Shown: positions 1 to 10,749 of the stretch, one piece after another
Position numbering within the stretch: the first letter of the stretch is position 1
How the letters are laid out: every line of letters begins with the position of its first letter
Source of the DNA: Raillietiella orientalis
Taxonomy: Eukaryota
DNA length: 64,000 bases
Reading direction: 5' to 3'
NCBI GenBank assembly: GCA_036172245.1
Contig: JAYWIR010000028.1
Span: forward strand, 2,232,001 to 2,296,000
The notes under the pieces: generated by a model
The model's input: only the letters and a program-made list of their open reading frames with translations
Told to the model about the DNA's origin: nothing
The model's database searches: none
Program-made: the position numbers and the translations under genes

Positions 1-1160
1 TACTCTTTCGAGTCGAGTTTTCCGATGAAGAGGAGCCTGCACTTGGGAACAGTCTTGACTCGGATCACCGGGATGCAAGCTTTCCGCGCATTCCAGGCAG
101 TGCTGGCATCGAATTCTCCCGGTACATCTCCTTCGGCATGACTTCAGGGCCGACTTGAAACATTCCATCCCATCAGGTGGCCGCCTTTCCTTTGCGACCA
201 CGAGGCGGCTGGACCTGCACCTCGTTCCCCAGGTATTCCTGGGGATCTCCCTAGTCCACTCCTCCAATAATTCATGCATTTCTGTTCCCGCGATGAGATT
301 GATAGGTTTCCATCCAGCGTCCAGTCCACTCGATTCTCATATTTAGCGTTCCTTGGAACTCCTTGGCTTCCTACGCACGGACATCCTGGCTTCTCGACCC
401 AGTGGAAGTCCAGAACCCGCCGGGTCACCGTGCGCGTTCAGTAGGGATTGGTCTCCTACTCAGCCCCGCGATTCGAACAGTGGATTCTCCTCCTCCTTCC
501 CTCCTAACCTTTCAAAGAGCTGCAAAGTTCCTCCTGCGCTACATTTTACGATCTCGAAGCTTGAATAATCAATGCAGTTATCCATCTGGTATCAGCATGC
601 CTCCATAGATACGCATTGATAGCCAATCTTTTATTTTTTTTCTCTCTCTCTCTCCATTCTTCCCTTCGATCTGCAAGCGAACGAAAGAAAACTCTAACCT
701 TTAGGACGAACGTTGAGCAGCGGGAGCTTGCAGATCGCGATGTTGCAACAAAATCTGAATCCGAACCTTTGAGGTTGCCAGAGGAATCGGGAATTTTTCG
801 CCGGTGACCTTCACTTCACAGGTCGGGAGCGCTTCACCAATTCTACTGCCCACCCTTTTTCCTCTTCGATTTTCACTTCACTAAGCGCTGAAGCGCTGGT
901 CGAGAGATCTCCACCGATCACTGCCCGCGCAGTCACAACAGGAAAAGGCAGCCCATTCGAAAACTGCTGGGACCGCTCGCCAGTTTCCCAGATCACGGTG
1001 GTGCACTGAGAAACAGCAAATAACCGGAAATCCCTGGCTGGAAGCGGACCACAAGTCCGAGGGAGCGACCCACTGGGGCTTAAGAGAGAATTCACACTTG
1101 GGTTTTCGTTCGCGTCCGTTCGAGCCCTACCTTCGGGGTGGTTTGCTCCCCCCATGTTGA
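1..1160 (-). mobile_element. Decayed non-LTR retrotransposon ORF2 (APE endonuclease, then start of RT); runs off window edge
   Basis: Minus frame gives VIGGDLS at 901-921 (APE GGDFN-like). Further downstream are a frameshifted KA..PDGMECFK at ~150-190 (RT domain-0 KAPGPDG) and WNARKACIPV at ~65-95 (W..A.I.P). Order is correct for ORF2. Confidence 0.6.
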
Positions 1161-1189
1161 GAAGAGCTAAGTAGCTAAGAAAGGCTGGA

Positions 1190-1350
1190 TGATACCATGG
1201 AGCTGGTTGATACCCTCTTCGGGGGCTGGTTATCTCTCCAGAGTGTCAGAAGCGCGCTGCTCCCTTCGAAGAAATTTGGAAGCGCCCGTTCGGAATTCTC
1301 TTCAGGAGAGGGAACAGGGAGCGGTTCCCTTACGAGAAAAAAGAATGAGA
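1190..1350 (+). repeat. Internal fragment of repeat family X (tRNA-like head family)
   Basis: ccatggagctggttgataccc...tctccagagtgtcagaa matches 36852-36910 (+) and 60541-60582 (-). Confidence 0.75.
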
Positions 1351-1419
1351 CAAAGAAAGAAGGGAAGTTTTGGGAGCTCGTCATGCAGGCGGTGGTCAAA
1401 GATCCCAGCTGGAAAGCAC

Positions 1420-1960
1420 CTGTTCTCACGCTGTTGATTGGAAAATGTCCATTACCGGCTCCAGAATGATCAACTCGCCACATTCCTTCCTTTTTGTAGC
1501 TCTTTTTGGCAGCGGCTGATGCTGCACGGTAGTGGTGGAGGGATACTTCTCAGATCGAGAGACGTCTGCAGGCAAGCAACTGGGAAGGACGGCCCTCCAA
1601 AAAGAGGGTATCATTGCAGGGGCAAAGTAAAACTCATCATTACATCCGGGTGCTGCCACAAATGAATGGCGTTCGCAATCCACTTATCGCGCAGCCAGCT
1701 GAAGCTGCTTAAAAATACTTTACAAGCTTAAAACTAGAGAGTGCATGAGATTTTGTAAAGCAACAACTTCTCTGGGATGCCTGTCCTAGAGAAGTAGCTT
1801 TTGGGGTAGATCAACTAGTCAAGGTATCGCTCGTCAAGTTTTCTTGAAGATTGGTTTCATGATACGACTGTAAGAGATCGGTAGTTTTGTAACAAAACTA
1901 CGGAACTACGGATGATGAAAATCCTTCTTTAGTGTCTTCGCAGTTCTTAGACACGGTTCC
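1420..1960 (-). mobile_element. Decayed LINE reverse transcriptase fragment
   Basis: Minus frame QNYRSLTVVS*NQSSRKLDER ending at ~1889 (NYRPISL..K..E-like), followed by VDCERHSFV at ~1660-1683 (D..KAFD.V position). Confidence 0.55.
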
Positions 1961-2038
1961 ACGCCACCCAAAGGTGGGTAATTCCTCAAGATAAGGGCTA
2001 GCCGGGAGGGGTCCTCCCTATGAATCCGGGAAGGGCTC

Positions 2039-2698
2039 GGAGTCCGTTCCTCTCACGCCTGGGGAGGGAACCCTGGAAATGGAGATCATCTCCACCCTGG
2101 TTGTCTCCGAAGGGGAACCCTGAAGGTAATCGCCTTCCTCATTCTCTCCGGAGGAACCGCGGAGGGGTCCGCTCCATTCTTTCATCACTGAGGGGAACTC
2201 GGAAAGGATCCGATCCTGGAATTTCTTCTCCGGAGGGATCCCCCGCAAGGGATCCGCTCCTGCTTTTACTCTTCTGAAGAGAATCCAGAAGGGACGCTTC
2301 CGAAATCCAGAAGGATGCAGAATCCCCGCAGGGATCGACTCTCGTCTCTGCACTCTCTGGAGAGGTGGTGGCGACGCACCTACTCGATCAGTACGACGCG
2401 GAGAGGTTCCCCCCGGAATGGGGGTCCTCTCCTTCACAACCGGAGGGGAGCCCCCACCCCGTGATTCCTGGAAGTACCCGGAGGTCGACTCCCATTTGTC
2501 CCGGCCCTCATCGGGGGGCATCCGGTTTCAGCCTCTGCCAGTGCCGCACCCGGATGAGTGTAGGCCAACCAGCGTCATCTTGTGGGGTGAACTGAGAACC
2601 CACGACGCACTGTGCCGATTCCTTCTCAGTATTCGAACCCACAACTCTTAGTGGTGCCACGCGCGGAGACCACCGTAACCACACGGCTTCCGACGAGG
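2039..2698 (-). mobile_element. Family X copy: SINE-like element with tRNA-derived head and ~600-bp body
   Basis: Reverse complement has A-box-like TGGTTACGGTGG (2670-2681) and B-box GGTTCGAATA (2630-2639). Collinear homology to 36551-37141 includes gatgacgctggttggcct, ttccaggaa and gaggaacggactcc. Confidence 0.75.
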
Positions 2699-2799
2699 GT
2701 TTTATACCAAATCTACGGATCTCTAGGAAACATCGGGCACGCAGAGCGAAACGTACTGGCCGGAGAAAGTATCTTGTGGGTTTCGATCCCATCATCTCT

Positions 2800-3830
2800 G
2801 GGCACACCTTCTTGCAGAGTGAAAATTACGTCTCAACAGTTCCTCTCTTGGTAGCGAGCCAACTCTTTGTGCTGATCTTCGAGAGCGTGGAACAGATCGG
2901 GAGCCTCATTTTCTGGATTTCCCTGTTTTGTTGGAGCAGATGGTCCAAATTCGTATACATCCAACAAACAGAAATGTCTCACTCTACCGTCTTCGCAAAG
3001 ACAAACAAATATTTCGGCGATACATTGACTCAGCAATGACTATCTCAGATAAGTTAGTGAAGACCTTTTTCGGAATAGCCGCCTCGCTAAAGAGAAGCTT
3101 TAAATCACTTAAAGTAAAACACGAGTTACGCTCGTGCATCTCAATGACTGACCTTTGCAGCACTTGCACAATGGGTGACATTCTGACGATAATTATACTG
3201 CGCATTAACCTCTCTCTCTCCTATTTTCCCGACAACCTCCATTTCTGAAGTGCCAAGTCGAAGCTCTGGAGAGGCTTAACCATCTGAGGCAACTCGAAAT
3301 ACATTTTCCAAGCAGATTGCTGTAAAATAAAGACGACAAGGAGGCATAGCAGCCACATTCTTCAATCCACTGCAATAAACTATGAAGTGGACGATTTAAA
3401 GAACACTCAGAGATTGATTTACTGATTACAATACACCCCCACACGTAACGGTTCCGTTTCATCATCTCGTGAGCCAAGACCGTGATCATTCAATCTTGAT
3501 GAAGATCACCATAAAATAACCAGAGGTGCGAACCCTTCTTCGTCCTTCCTATTCCTCTGAATGGGTGGTGCTTGAAAGGTCCCCGTTCCGGCCGCTTCGG
3601 TTCCAATTGATCGGCGTCTGGATGACCAGAACAGAGTGCATCACGAAATGCATCCGAATTTTCCGCATCCTCGCGCATTCACCTTCCGAGCCGGACTGTC
3701 TGGCAAAACTTCCCAGGAAAACACTCAGTGTCATTTTAAAAAGCTCATCAAAGATAACCGACGTCCCCGCCAGCGAGGAAACGGAGGAACAAGAGGACAC
3801 TTTTTTGAGTGCTCGTGATGATTTCATGCT
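2800..3830 (-). mobile_element. Decayed Ty3/gypsy pol fragment (RNase H end, then integrase)
   Basis: Minus frames in gypsy order: ENSDAFRDAL (N..ADALSR-like), LAHEMMKRNRYVWG (HHCC zinc region), AIPKKV and FVCLCEDGRVRH (rve core GiP..i.SD / F..FC...GI.H). Confidence 0.55.
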
Positions 3831-4919
3831 CCGTGGTCATCCGCCCGGTCTTCCTGTGCGCTCCGTGCCCTTCGCATGCCGATTTTCACTTCTCTAGCGA
3901 GGTCCCCTGGCTGCCGCGAGCAAGCGAATGCGGAAGGAAATCTGGTCCATCCGACCATTTTTCCCGTCTGACCTCCGTTTGGGAGATTCGCTCTCTCGTT
4001 CCAGAAATCCGGATTGGCTGCCGCGAAAGGAGTAGTTGTGATCCCTGGCGACTGCATCACTACTGGTCCGAGACATCAACGCCCGAAACGGAACCAGGAA
4101 AAATTTACCCCATTCGTAAACTTGAAAATTGATTGCTGCCTCCCAGCACCACATTATCATCACTGTATGCCTTTTTTTTTTTTTTCCTTTTCTTTTTTCA
4201 TTTCCTCTTTCGAAAAATCTCCCGCATCTGACGTGCAAAACCGTCCGTAAAAGACACAAAGTTTACCTTTGCGAGGAAAAGAAGAAGAAAAAAAGAGAGG
4301 AGATTCCATTAATCACAAAATCAGCAAAAGTCATAATGGGAGAAATCTTCGATCTTTCTCGATTCGGTCCGGATGACTCGCTGAGATGAAAAGGAAGAAA
4401 AAGTGATTGTGTTCCCGAGGACATATTTAGTATCATTTTTCTCGACTGACTACCCGTCGCCAGATGGCTGACTTTATTTAAATTTTCGGGTTTTTTCCGA
4501 TGTGTCCGGCGGTGTCGCTCTCGTTCGTTCCGTGGCGTTCCCGGGGGTCGGCTCTGACCTACTCTCATCACCCACTGCTTCCCAGCGCGCTTTCCTAATC
4601 CGCGCGTTGTTTTTTCCCGATGCTCTCCGTTAGCGTCCACGCAAGGCATCTCCTGTCATGCGCATTCCATTCTTTCCTCCACGCCGCTCCCGCATTTCAC
4701 GCTAACGAAAGGCAAATTAATTAGCCTTTGTGGGTTTTCCACGTTGGTAACACGGAAAAGGGAAATTCTCTCCTATGATGTGTACGAGTACGGCTCCGCT
4801 TTTTTTCCTTTTTCCTTTTTTTTTTTGCGCACCATCATTTGTACGAAATGAGTTTCGTACCAGTTGGTGTTTCCTTTCGTCTCGGGCGTTGCGAGCTTGA
4901 TGGAGTGCCAGGAGAGTCG

Positions 4920-5172
4920 GATCCCGGGTCAAGCGACGCGGGCAGTTCCTCCGGCCAGGGGGAGAGAAAGAGGTTCGGATCCCGGATCCGGGAGGCGCTC
5001 GTCCGGGAATCCGAAGAGGCGGGCGAACGTCCGGCTCCGGTGCGGCGCATCCGCGTTTCCAGGTCCGAGAAGCGGTTCGCATCCTACGGAGACGGCTCCA
5101 CGGCTGCTCCAGAAGACCCCGGACGTTCCACTTCGAAACCACTTGCTGAGAAGTGACATGCGTTTGCCACCA
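4920..5172 (-). mobile_element. Decayed LINE APE endonuclease N-terminus (source of the adjacent minisatellite)
   Basis: Minus strand: WNVRGL, then ~20 codons later NAD/AAPE (D...QET position, frameshifted), LRIPG and AGGTARV (GGVA motif), in APE order and spacing. Confidence 0.5.
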
Positions 5173-5755
5173 CGGCTGCTCCAGAAGACCCCGGACGTTC
5201 CACTTCGAAACCACTTGCTGAGAAGTGACATGCGTTTGCCACCACGGCTGCTCCAGAAGACCCCGGACGTTCCACTTCGAAACCACTTGCTGAGAAGTGA
5301 CATGCGTTTGCCACCACGGCTGCTCCAGAAGACCCCGGACGTTCCACTTCGAAACCACTTGCTGAGAAGTGACATGCGTTTGCCACCACGGCTGCTCCAG
5401 AAGACCCCGGACGTTCCACTTCGAAACCACTTGCTGAGAAGTGACATGCGTTTGCCACCACGGCTGCTCCAGAAGACCCCGGACGTTCCACTTCGAAACC
5501 ACTTGCTGAGAAGTGACATGCGTTTGCCACCACGGCTGCTCCAGAAGACCCCGGACGTTCCACTTCGAAACCACTTGCTGAGAAGTGACATGCGTTTGCC
5601 ACCACGGCTGCTCCAGAAGACCCCGGACGTTCCACTTCGGAGCCACTTGCTGAGAAGTGACATGCGTTTGCCACCACGGCTGCTCCAGAAGACCCCGGAC
5701 GTTCCACTTCGGAGCCACTTGCTGAGAAGTGACATGCGTTTGCCACCACGGCTGC
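5098..5755. repeat. Minisatellite: 72-bp unit x9 plus partial unit
   Basis: Unit cggctgctccagaagaccccggacgttccacttcgaaaccacttgctgagaagtgacatgcgtttgccacca starts at 5101, 5173 ... 5677, with a partial unit at 5749. Units 1-7 are identical; units 8-9 carry cggagcc instead of cgaaacc. Confidence 0.98.
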
Positions 5756-6249
5756 AGCAAGACGCAAACCTCGTTTGGCGAAGATTTGATTCCGTTAATG
5801 GCTGCGGAGGCTTTGAGCTCTAAACAATCTTTCCGTCCAGGAGCACCAACACGAGTTCATTTTCACTGATTACAATTTCCTCGATTTTAAATTGCAAAAC
5901 GAAGAAAAACCAATCCGCAGGTAGGAGGAATTTCAACAGATGTATCAAAGGCTTGGTATCTGAGGCACGATCCTACTAACATTTTTCTCTCAAATTGAAA
6001 AGAAAAGGAAAAGTCCTCCCCCCCCCAATAAAAAAGAAAAAAAAAAAAGAAAAAAAGCGTTCCTGAAATTTGAATGTTCCGAATAGGTTCCCTGACACAT
6101 CATTCGATCCTGCAGTGAGCCGGCAGCCGGAACTCATTTCCATGAGTGAAGATTTTTTTTTTTTTTTTTCAAACCATTTTCTTGCAAATACTTGCGTTTC
6201 CTACACGCAGCTACTCCATAACTCACGCCGGAGTTACGATCACTGGAAT

Positions 6250-6600
6250 ATCATCTCGTATTTGGAGCTTTAAGGACTGCAAATGGTCCATTGTCTGAGA
6301 TGGCTCTCGAAAATTACTGCTACTTAGTGATGAAGATATTTTTCTGATGCACGCCGAGTCTGAAAACGATTTGCCAGCAAGGGTTGTACCCAGAGAACAA
6401 AAGATCCATTACAAGGCAGTAAATAAATTTTAATTCCTCTTCGATTACATTAAACCGTAAGAAATAACAGAAGAATTTTTGCCTTTAGCAAAGAGAAACA
6501 GCAATAACAAAAGCTTTCTGCTGCATACGTGGTGGTGACTCATGTTATTACCTGAGAAATGCTTGTGATCTGAATAATGGAGCAATAATTTAAGTTTGTT
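6250..6600 (-). mobile_element. AT-rich decayed LINE RT fragment
   Basis: Minus strand agtaattttcgagagccatctca (~6296-6318) reads SNFR.IS with a frameshift (NYRPIS-like); single motif only. Confidence 0.3.
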
Positions 6601-6699
6601 GCGGAGCCCTGCAACTGGGAAGCTGAAACAACCATGGAAGAGAGGAAAAGAAAAAATAGGGACGTTTTTCCGGTGCACCGAACAAAGGCAATGAGGTCA

Positions 6700-7090
6700 T
6701 CCCAGGCACCGCCGGATGGGTTCCCTCCACATTTTCTCAAGGAGAAGAGCGGCCACTGTGGCGTAAGCACTTCTAAACGTCTTCTGCGGAAGTAAACATT
6801 CGCAGTTCCGGAACTTTCTTCCCACGTCCCAGGCGTTCCCGGGGCGCGTTTTTTCCCTTCGGAACACCACGAAGCCCCCTTCCCTCTTCGCCGTTCCTCA
6901 AGGATCGCGCGTCTCGCGGGGGATCGTCCGGACGAAGAACTCTGTGCTATGACCTCTTTGTGTTTCCTTGCTACGCATGCCCAGCAGCCTCTCTTCACCC
7001 TTCTTCGCCCTTTCCGGATGACTTTCGTGCACTTCCCCCCGAAAGAATTCTCCTGGTCCAGGACGACGCTGACTCGGATCGCGCGCAAGC
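6700..7090 (-). mobile_element. Decayed LINE RT C-terminal (thumb) fragment
   Basis: ORF 6540..7133 contains SVVLDQENSFGGKCTKVIRKG (LGV.lD..LsF..h...v..KA-like) and RRAILE (vRp.LEY-like). Confidence 0.45.
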
Positions 7091-7327
7091 AAACGAACAA
7101 AAAAAAGCCCAACTCCAAATCACGCATCCGCACGTGCTAAATCGAGCGTTCCAGACATAAGAAATCTCTTCACAGGAAAATGGAATGCCAGGCAATCTTT
7201 CTCGCAGGCGCCATCCCAGGCATCCCTGTTGACGCCTCCTTCTTCAATGCTGCAGGCGGGAAACGGAAAAGAGCAAGCGGTCCGCTTGAAACCCTATCGT
7301 CCCAGAGAGTCGCTGTTTTTCTGCGTA

Positions 7328-7347
7328 TGTGTGTGTGTGTGTGTGTG
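7328..7347. repeat. (TG)10 microsatellite
   Basis: Read directly. Confidence 0.9.
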
Positions 7348-7850
7348 CGTTTCCCTCCCCCGCCACTTTCCTCCCCCTGCCTGAAGACACATGACTAGAC
7401 ATACGAGATTATCGGCGGAATCAAGTGTACCACATCACAGATACGCTAATAAAACAAATAAAATCAAACAGGGAGGGACGCACACAGGATGCTTTTGTGG
7501 TTTCGGTCTTGCAGAATTCCTCGCCTTAATCTGAAAGCTCTCGAAGCGACTTTTGACTTTTGAATTGGAACATCTGGATGCGTCGGCTTATCTAAATTCA
7601 ATCTCATTCATTCATGAAGGCCACCAGCACGAGTGCATGCAGGTGCGGCATTTCGCCAGAGCAGCGTGTCCCAGCTCGGGCCGGAGCGCGCCCCTTGCTG
7701 CATTCGACCCGAATGTCGAAAGAGGCGAATTTTCCCTGGTCAGCCGCCGGTCGCCCAGGCGGGAAGCATCGGCGGCCCCCCCGCACCCACTGGCTCACGA
7801 TCTGCAAATTGCAAGAGAATGCCATCAGCGGGCGAACCGGGGGAGGCCCT

Positions 7851-7896
7851 GCAGCAGAAGCAGCAGCAGCAGCACCACCACCACCACCACCATCAC

Positions 7897-7927
<31 letters not shown>
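7851..7927. repeat. Compound (CAG)n(CAC)n(CAG)n trinucleotide repeat
   Basis: Read directly; would encode polyQ/polyH, polyA/polyP or polyS/polyT depending on frame. Confidence 0.92.
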
Positions 7928-8849
7928 GCGCTTTCCTGGAGTCATGACCGTACGGGCGGGGGGGGGAGACCTCGGATCACGGCGCGCGCGCGCGCGAACT
8001 CGAAACGCGCCCACATGTAAACATTCAGGTACGTGGAGCATGAAGTCTATGAATAACAAAAGCCCGTGAAGATTTATCAGACGACTCGAGCGGTCGCCAT
8101 CTGTCATGGGAAGGAGCGCGCATTTATTTTTTCAAATGGAAAGGAATTGCTGAAATTTAATATTGCATCACCGCGGAAGAGCGCACCGACTCTCCTGCTA
8201 ATCAAATAAGCTGAGCAGGACGTTGAGTTTCTCGATTGTAACTCACTTTTGATGAGTGACTTTTTTAGCCGGGAGCCAATCAGGCGGAGCCTGGAAAAAG
8301 AAACAAACACGCTCGGGGCCCTGGCAGGGTACTGCCCGCCGTCTGACGAGCGGGCCGGGAAACCCGGTTCCCGGGAGGTGTGGCTGCGGAGGAGGAAATT
8401 TCGTCCCGGAACTGTGGGCCCAGGCGGCCGCGCCTCTTCTCCCGGCGGCTTCCTACCCGTGAGAAGAGGAGGAACTCTCCCTCTCTCTCCTGGACGTGGC
8501 ACGGCACTCCCGAAGACCCCCGCGTGCCTCCTCCTCCGCGCGGAGGATTCGGTTCTTCCGCTCGCTCTCGGTCCGGCCTTGTCCGGATCCATCGGCCAGT
8601 TTCCGTTCCGCGAGCCTCTCGATCCTCGAACAGGCGCCTTCCAGCTCCCGATCCACGTGCGCCGCGTTCACTGGGAACCGGCCGACGCGAGCGGCTCATG
8701 AAATATTCATGGAGGCACGCTGATGAAGAAAACGCGCTAATGCCGAAAATTCCCCACCGACGGATGGAAATGAGAAGACATTTCGTTCCTAGGAAACAGA
8801 TGCGCTCTTATCTGGAAATATTCTATACGCACAAAATACGTGCTTATCC

Positions 8850-9800
8850 GCTGTTAGCAGCATGTGGACGGCTGTAGACAACACGCAGTAATCTATGGAT
8901 ACCGAGCGCATCATTATGTAAAAGCGGAATATATCACTTCTGGCAGAGGGCGCTGCCCGGGCCAAAGCGTAACAGCCACGCTGCTGTTCAAAGGGAGCTC
9001 TTCCTGTGAGGTAGGAGGGATGGTGGCCGATGTGCTCGGGGTTGTTTTGCGGGGTCTCGTGAGTGTTGCCTTTTTCGTGCTTTGCTTTGGTAATCAGCTG
9101 TTCCGGTAGGCTGGAAGTGCCGCACATCTCCGCGTCTGCTGACCATCATCTGGGCAAAGTAGGAACGGATACATGCAGGGGTGAAATTCTTGGAATTTCA
9201 CTGGAGACGTAATCCGAACACAGTTCCCAAAAGGAAACTTCTCGGCGTATCCACAGGCAATCACTCCAACGGCTCGTATGCTCAACAAAATCGAAGGATG
9301 AACGGAAATCGTCCACGGTTTCCTTGTTTCAGGATAGGCGCCTTTTCCCATCTTCAGTGCATCATCCCATAAATATCCATCTGTAGATTTTTTCGCGTGT
9401 CCTTGCAGGAGACCTCGAAAGGCCCTCAGCCGCCTGTTTGATTGATTGCTTCAATGAATGGAAGCGCCACTTTTACGAAGGAGCCAAAATGTTACTCCTC
9501 ATTAACAAAAGCCAACAGGGTTATCGAATCCGCGATTTATCCACATGTATCCAGATTCGGCATTCCATCTTAGCGTCTGTACCATTATCGCTTCCTTCCA
9601 ATTAACGTGGCTGTCGCTGGGTGTACTTTGATATGGAAGAGGACTTGCAAATGCGACCTCACTCAGAATGACTGGGGTTTTTGTGTCTTTGAGAGAAGAG
9701 TTGACGGAACTCATCCATCGAGGACAGAAGGATGGTTTCGCTTAAGCGAAGGATAGCTGAGCGAGCACGGAATATATTTCATAGCTACTGCTGGATCGAA
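8850..9800 (-). mobile_element. Decayed LINE (CR1/Jockey-like) RT
   Basis: Minus frames in order: WKEAIMV (9581-9600), LQMDIYGMMH*RW (KL...GI.G...W), LCPDD (9144-9159, YADD position), FYIMMRSVSIDY (LY...vR..leY). Confidence 0.6.
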
Positions 9801-10749
9801 TTCTAAGGTACACGAGAGACAGGTTATCTTTTCGCGTCGGAATCAGCCGCGCTGGAGCAACTCTCGATGGATTCTGGCCGTTCGGCAGAAGACAAAAAGG
9901 ATCAGTGGCTGCCCGTTTGGACGTAGTTGCTTGGACATTGGATGCTTCTCCGCACCGGACAAGGCAGTCTCAGATTTTTAAACCCGCCTCGGATTTTCCA
10001 CGTGATTTCCCGGTACAGTTCCCGGAATGTCCTTCAGTTGGACCGTTCCTTTCTTGGATAAGAAAGCAACCACTCCACGATAGAAGGTGATAAGATACAC
10101 CGCTGCTCCATGCAGCACCAGTTGTCCTTCGGACGCTTGTAATGAATCTTGAAAGCGCGTGGGAAGGAGATGTTAAGTAGATGTCCGGACGTGCACTTTA
10201 GAGGCTCCATGCCTTGCTGACGTGTTGTCATCCTTTCGGCAAGGCGCAATCTGTTCTTGCTTCAGAAAAATAGGAGAAGGAGACAAAGAAAGTTTCATTT
10301 CTTTCCCGCTTGGCTCCGCCGCTTCTTCCGAGAATCCGACGGAGAGGAACAACACCTCGCATCGTAATTTGGATTTCGGTTAATCTCCCAACCCCCCGAA
10401 CCTCAAAGTGGTCTGGCACTCATCCTGTGGACAATGGAATTTTTCTGGTGGTAGCGTTCATCTGCTCTCCGCGGGCAGCTGACGATTCATCGGGATGTTG
10501 AGAAGAATAATTTCCGATTTCACCCGTTTTTGCATCGATAAACACGAGCAATGGAATTCCACGTGTGTGCAAGAATAAGCTCATGAAGGCATCCGCGGTC
10601 TCTAAAAGAGGAGTCCTCACATAATGGATCCCATTTATAAACAGACTGGATGTGCATTGAGGATTTCTCGCATTGTCAAACGTACAGTACTTGGAGGAAC
10701 ACAAAGAACCCGAGGGAATTCTCCTTGACGGCCGGGATAGATGGGCGGG

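Noticed and set aside
5098..5755. CRISPR array interpretation of the regular repeat
   Set aside because: Units are head-to-tail and identical with no unique spacers; no cas genes; eukaryotic context.
4717..5823. Four long ORFs (227-347 aa) as genes
   Set aside because: Open only because the 72-bp unit lacks stops; no domain beyond the decayed APE motif.
7392..7415. miR-279-family seed TGACTAGA
   Set aside because: Only the seed matches; no precursor hairpin seen.
8338..8375. Hammerhead ribozyme cores (CTGACGA...GAAAC here; also 8720, 33755, and 22548 on the minus strand)
   Set aside because: Stem II does not close and no stem I/III pairing with a UH cleavage site is present.
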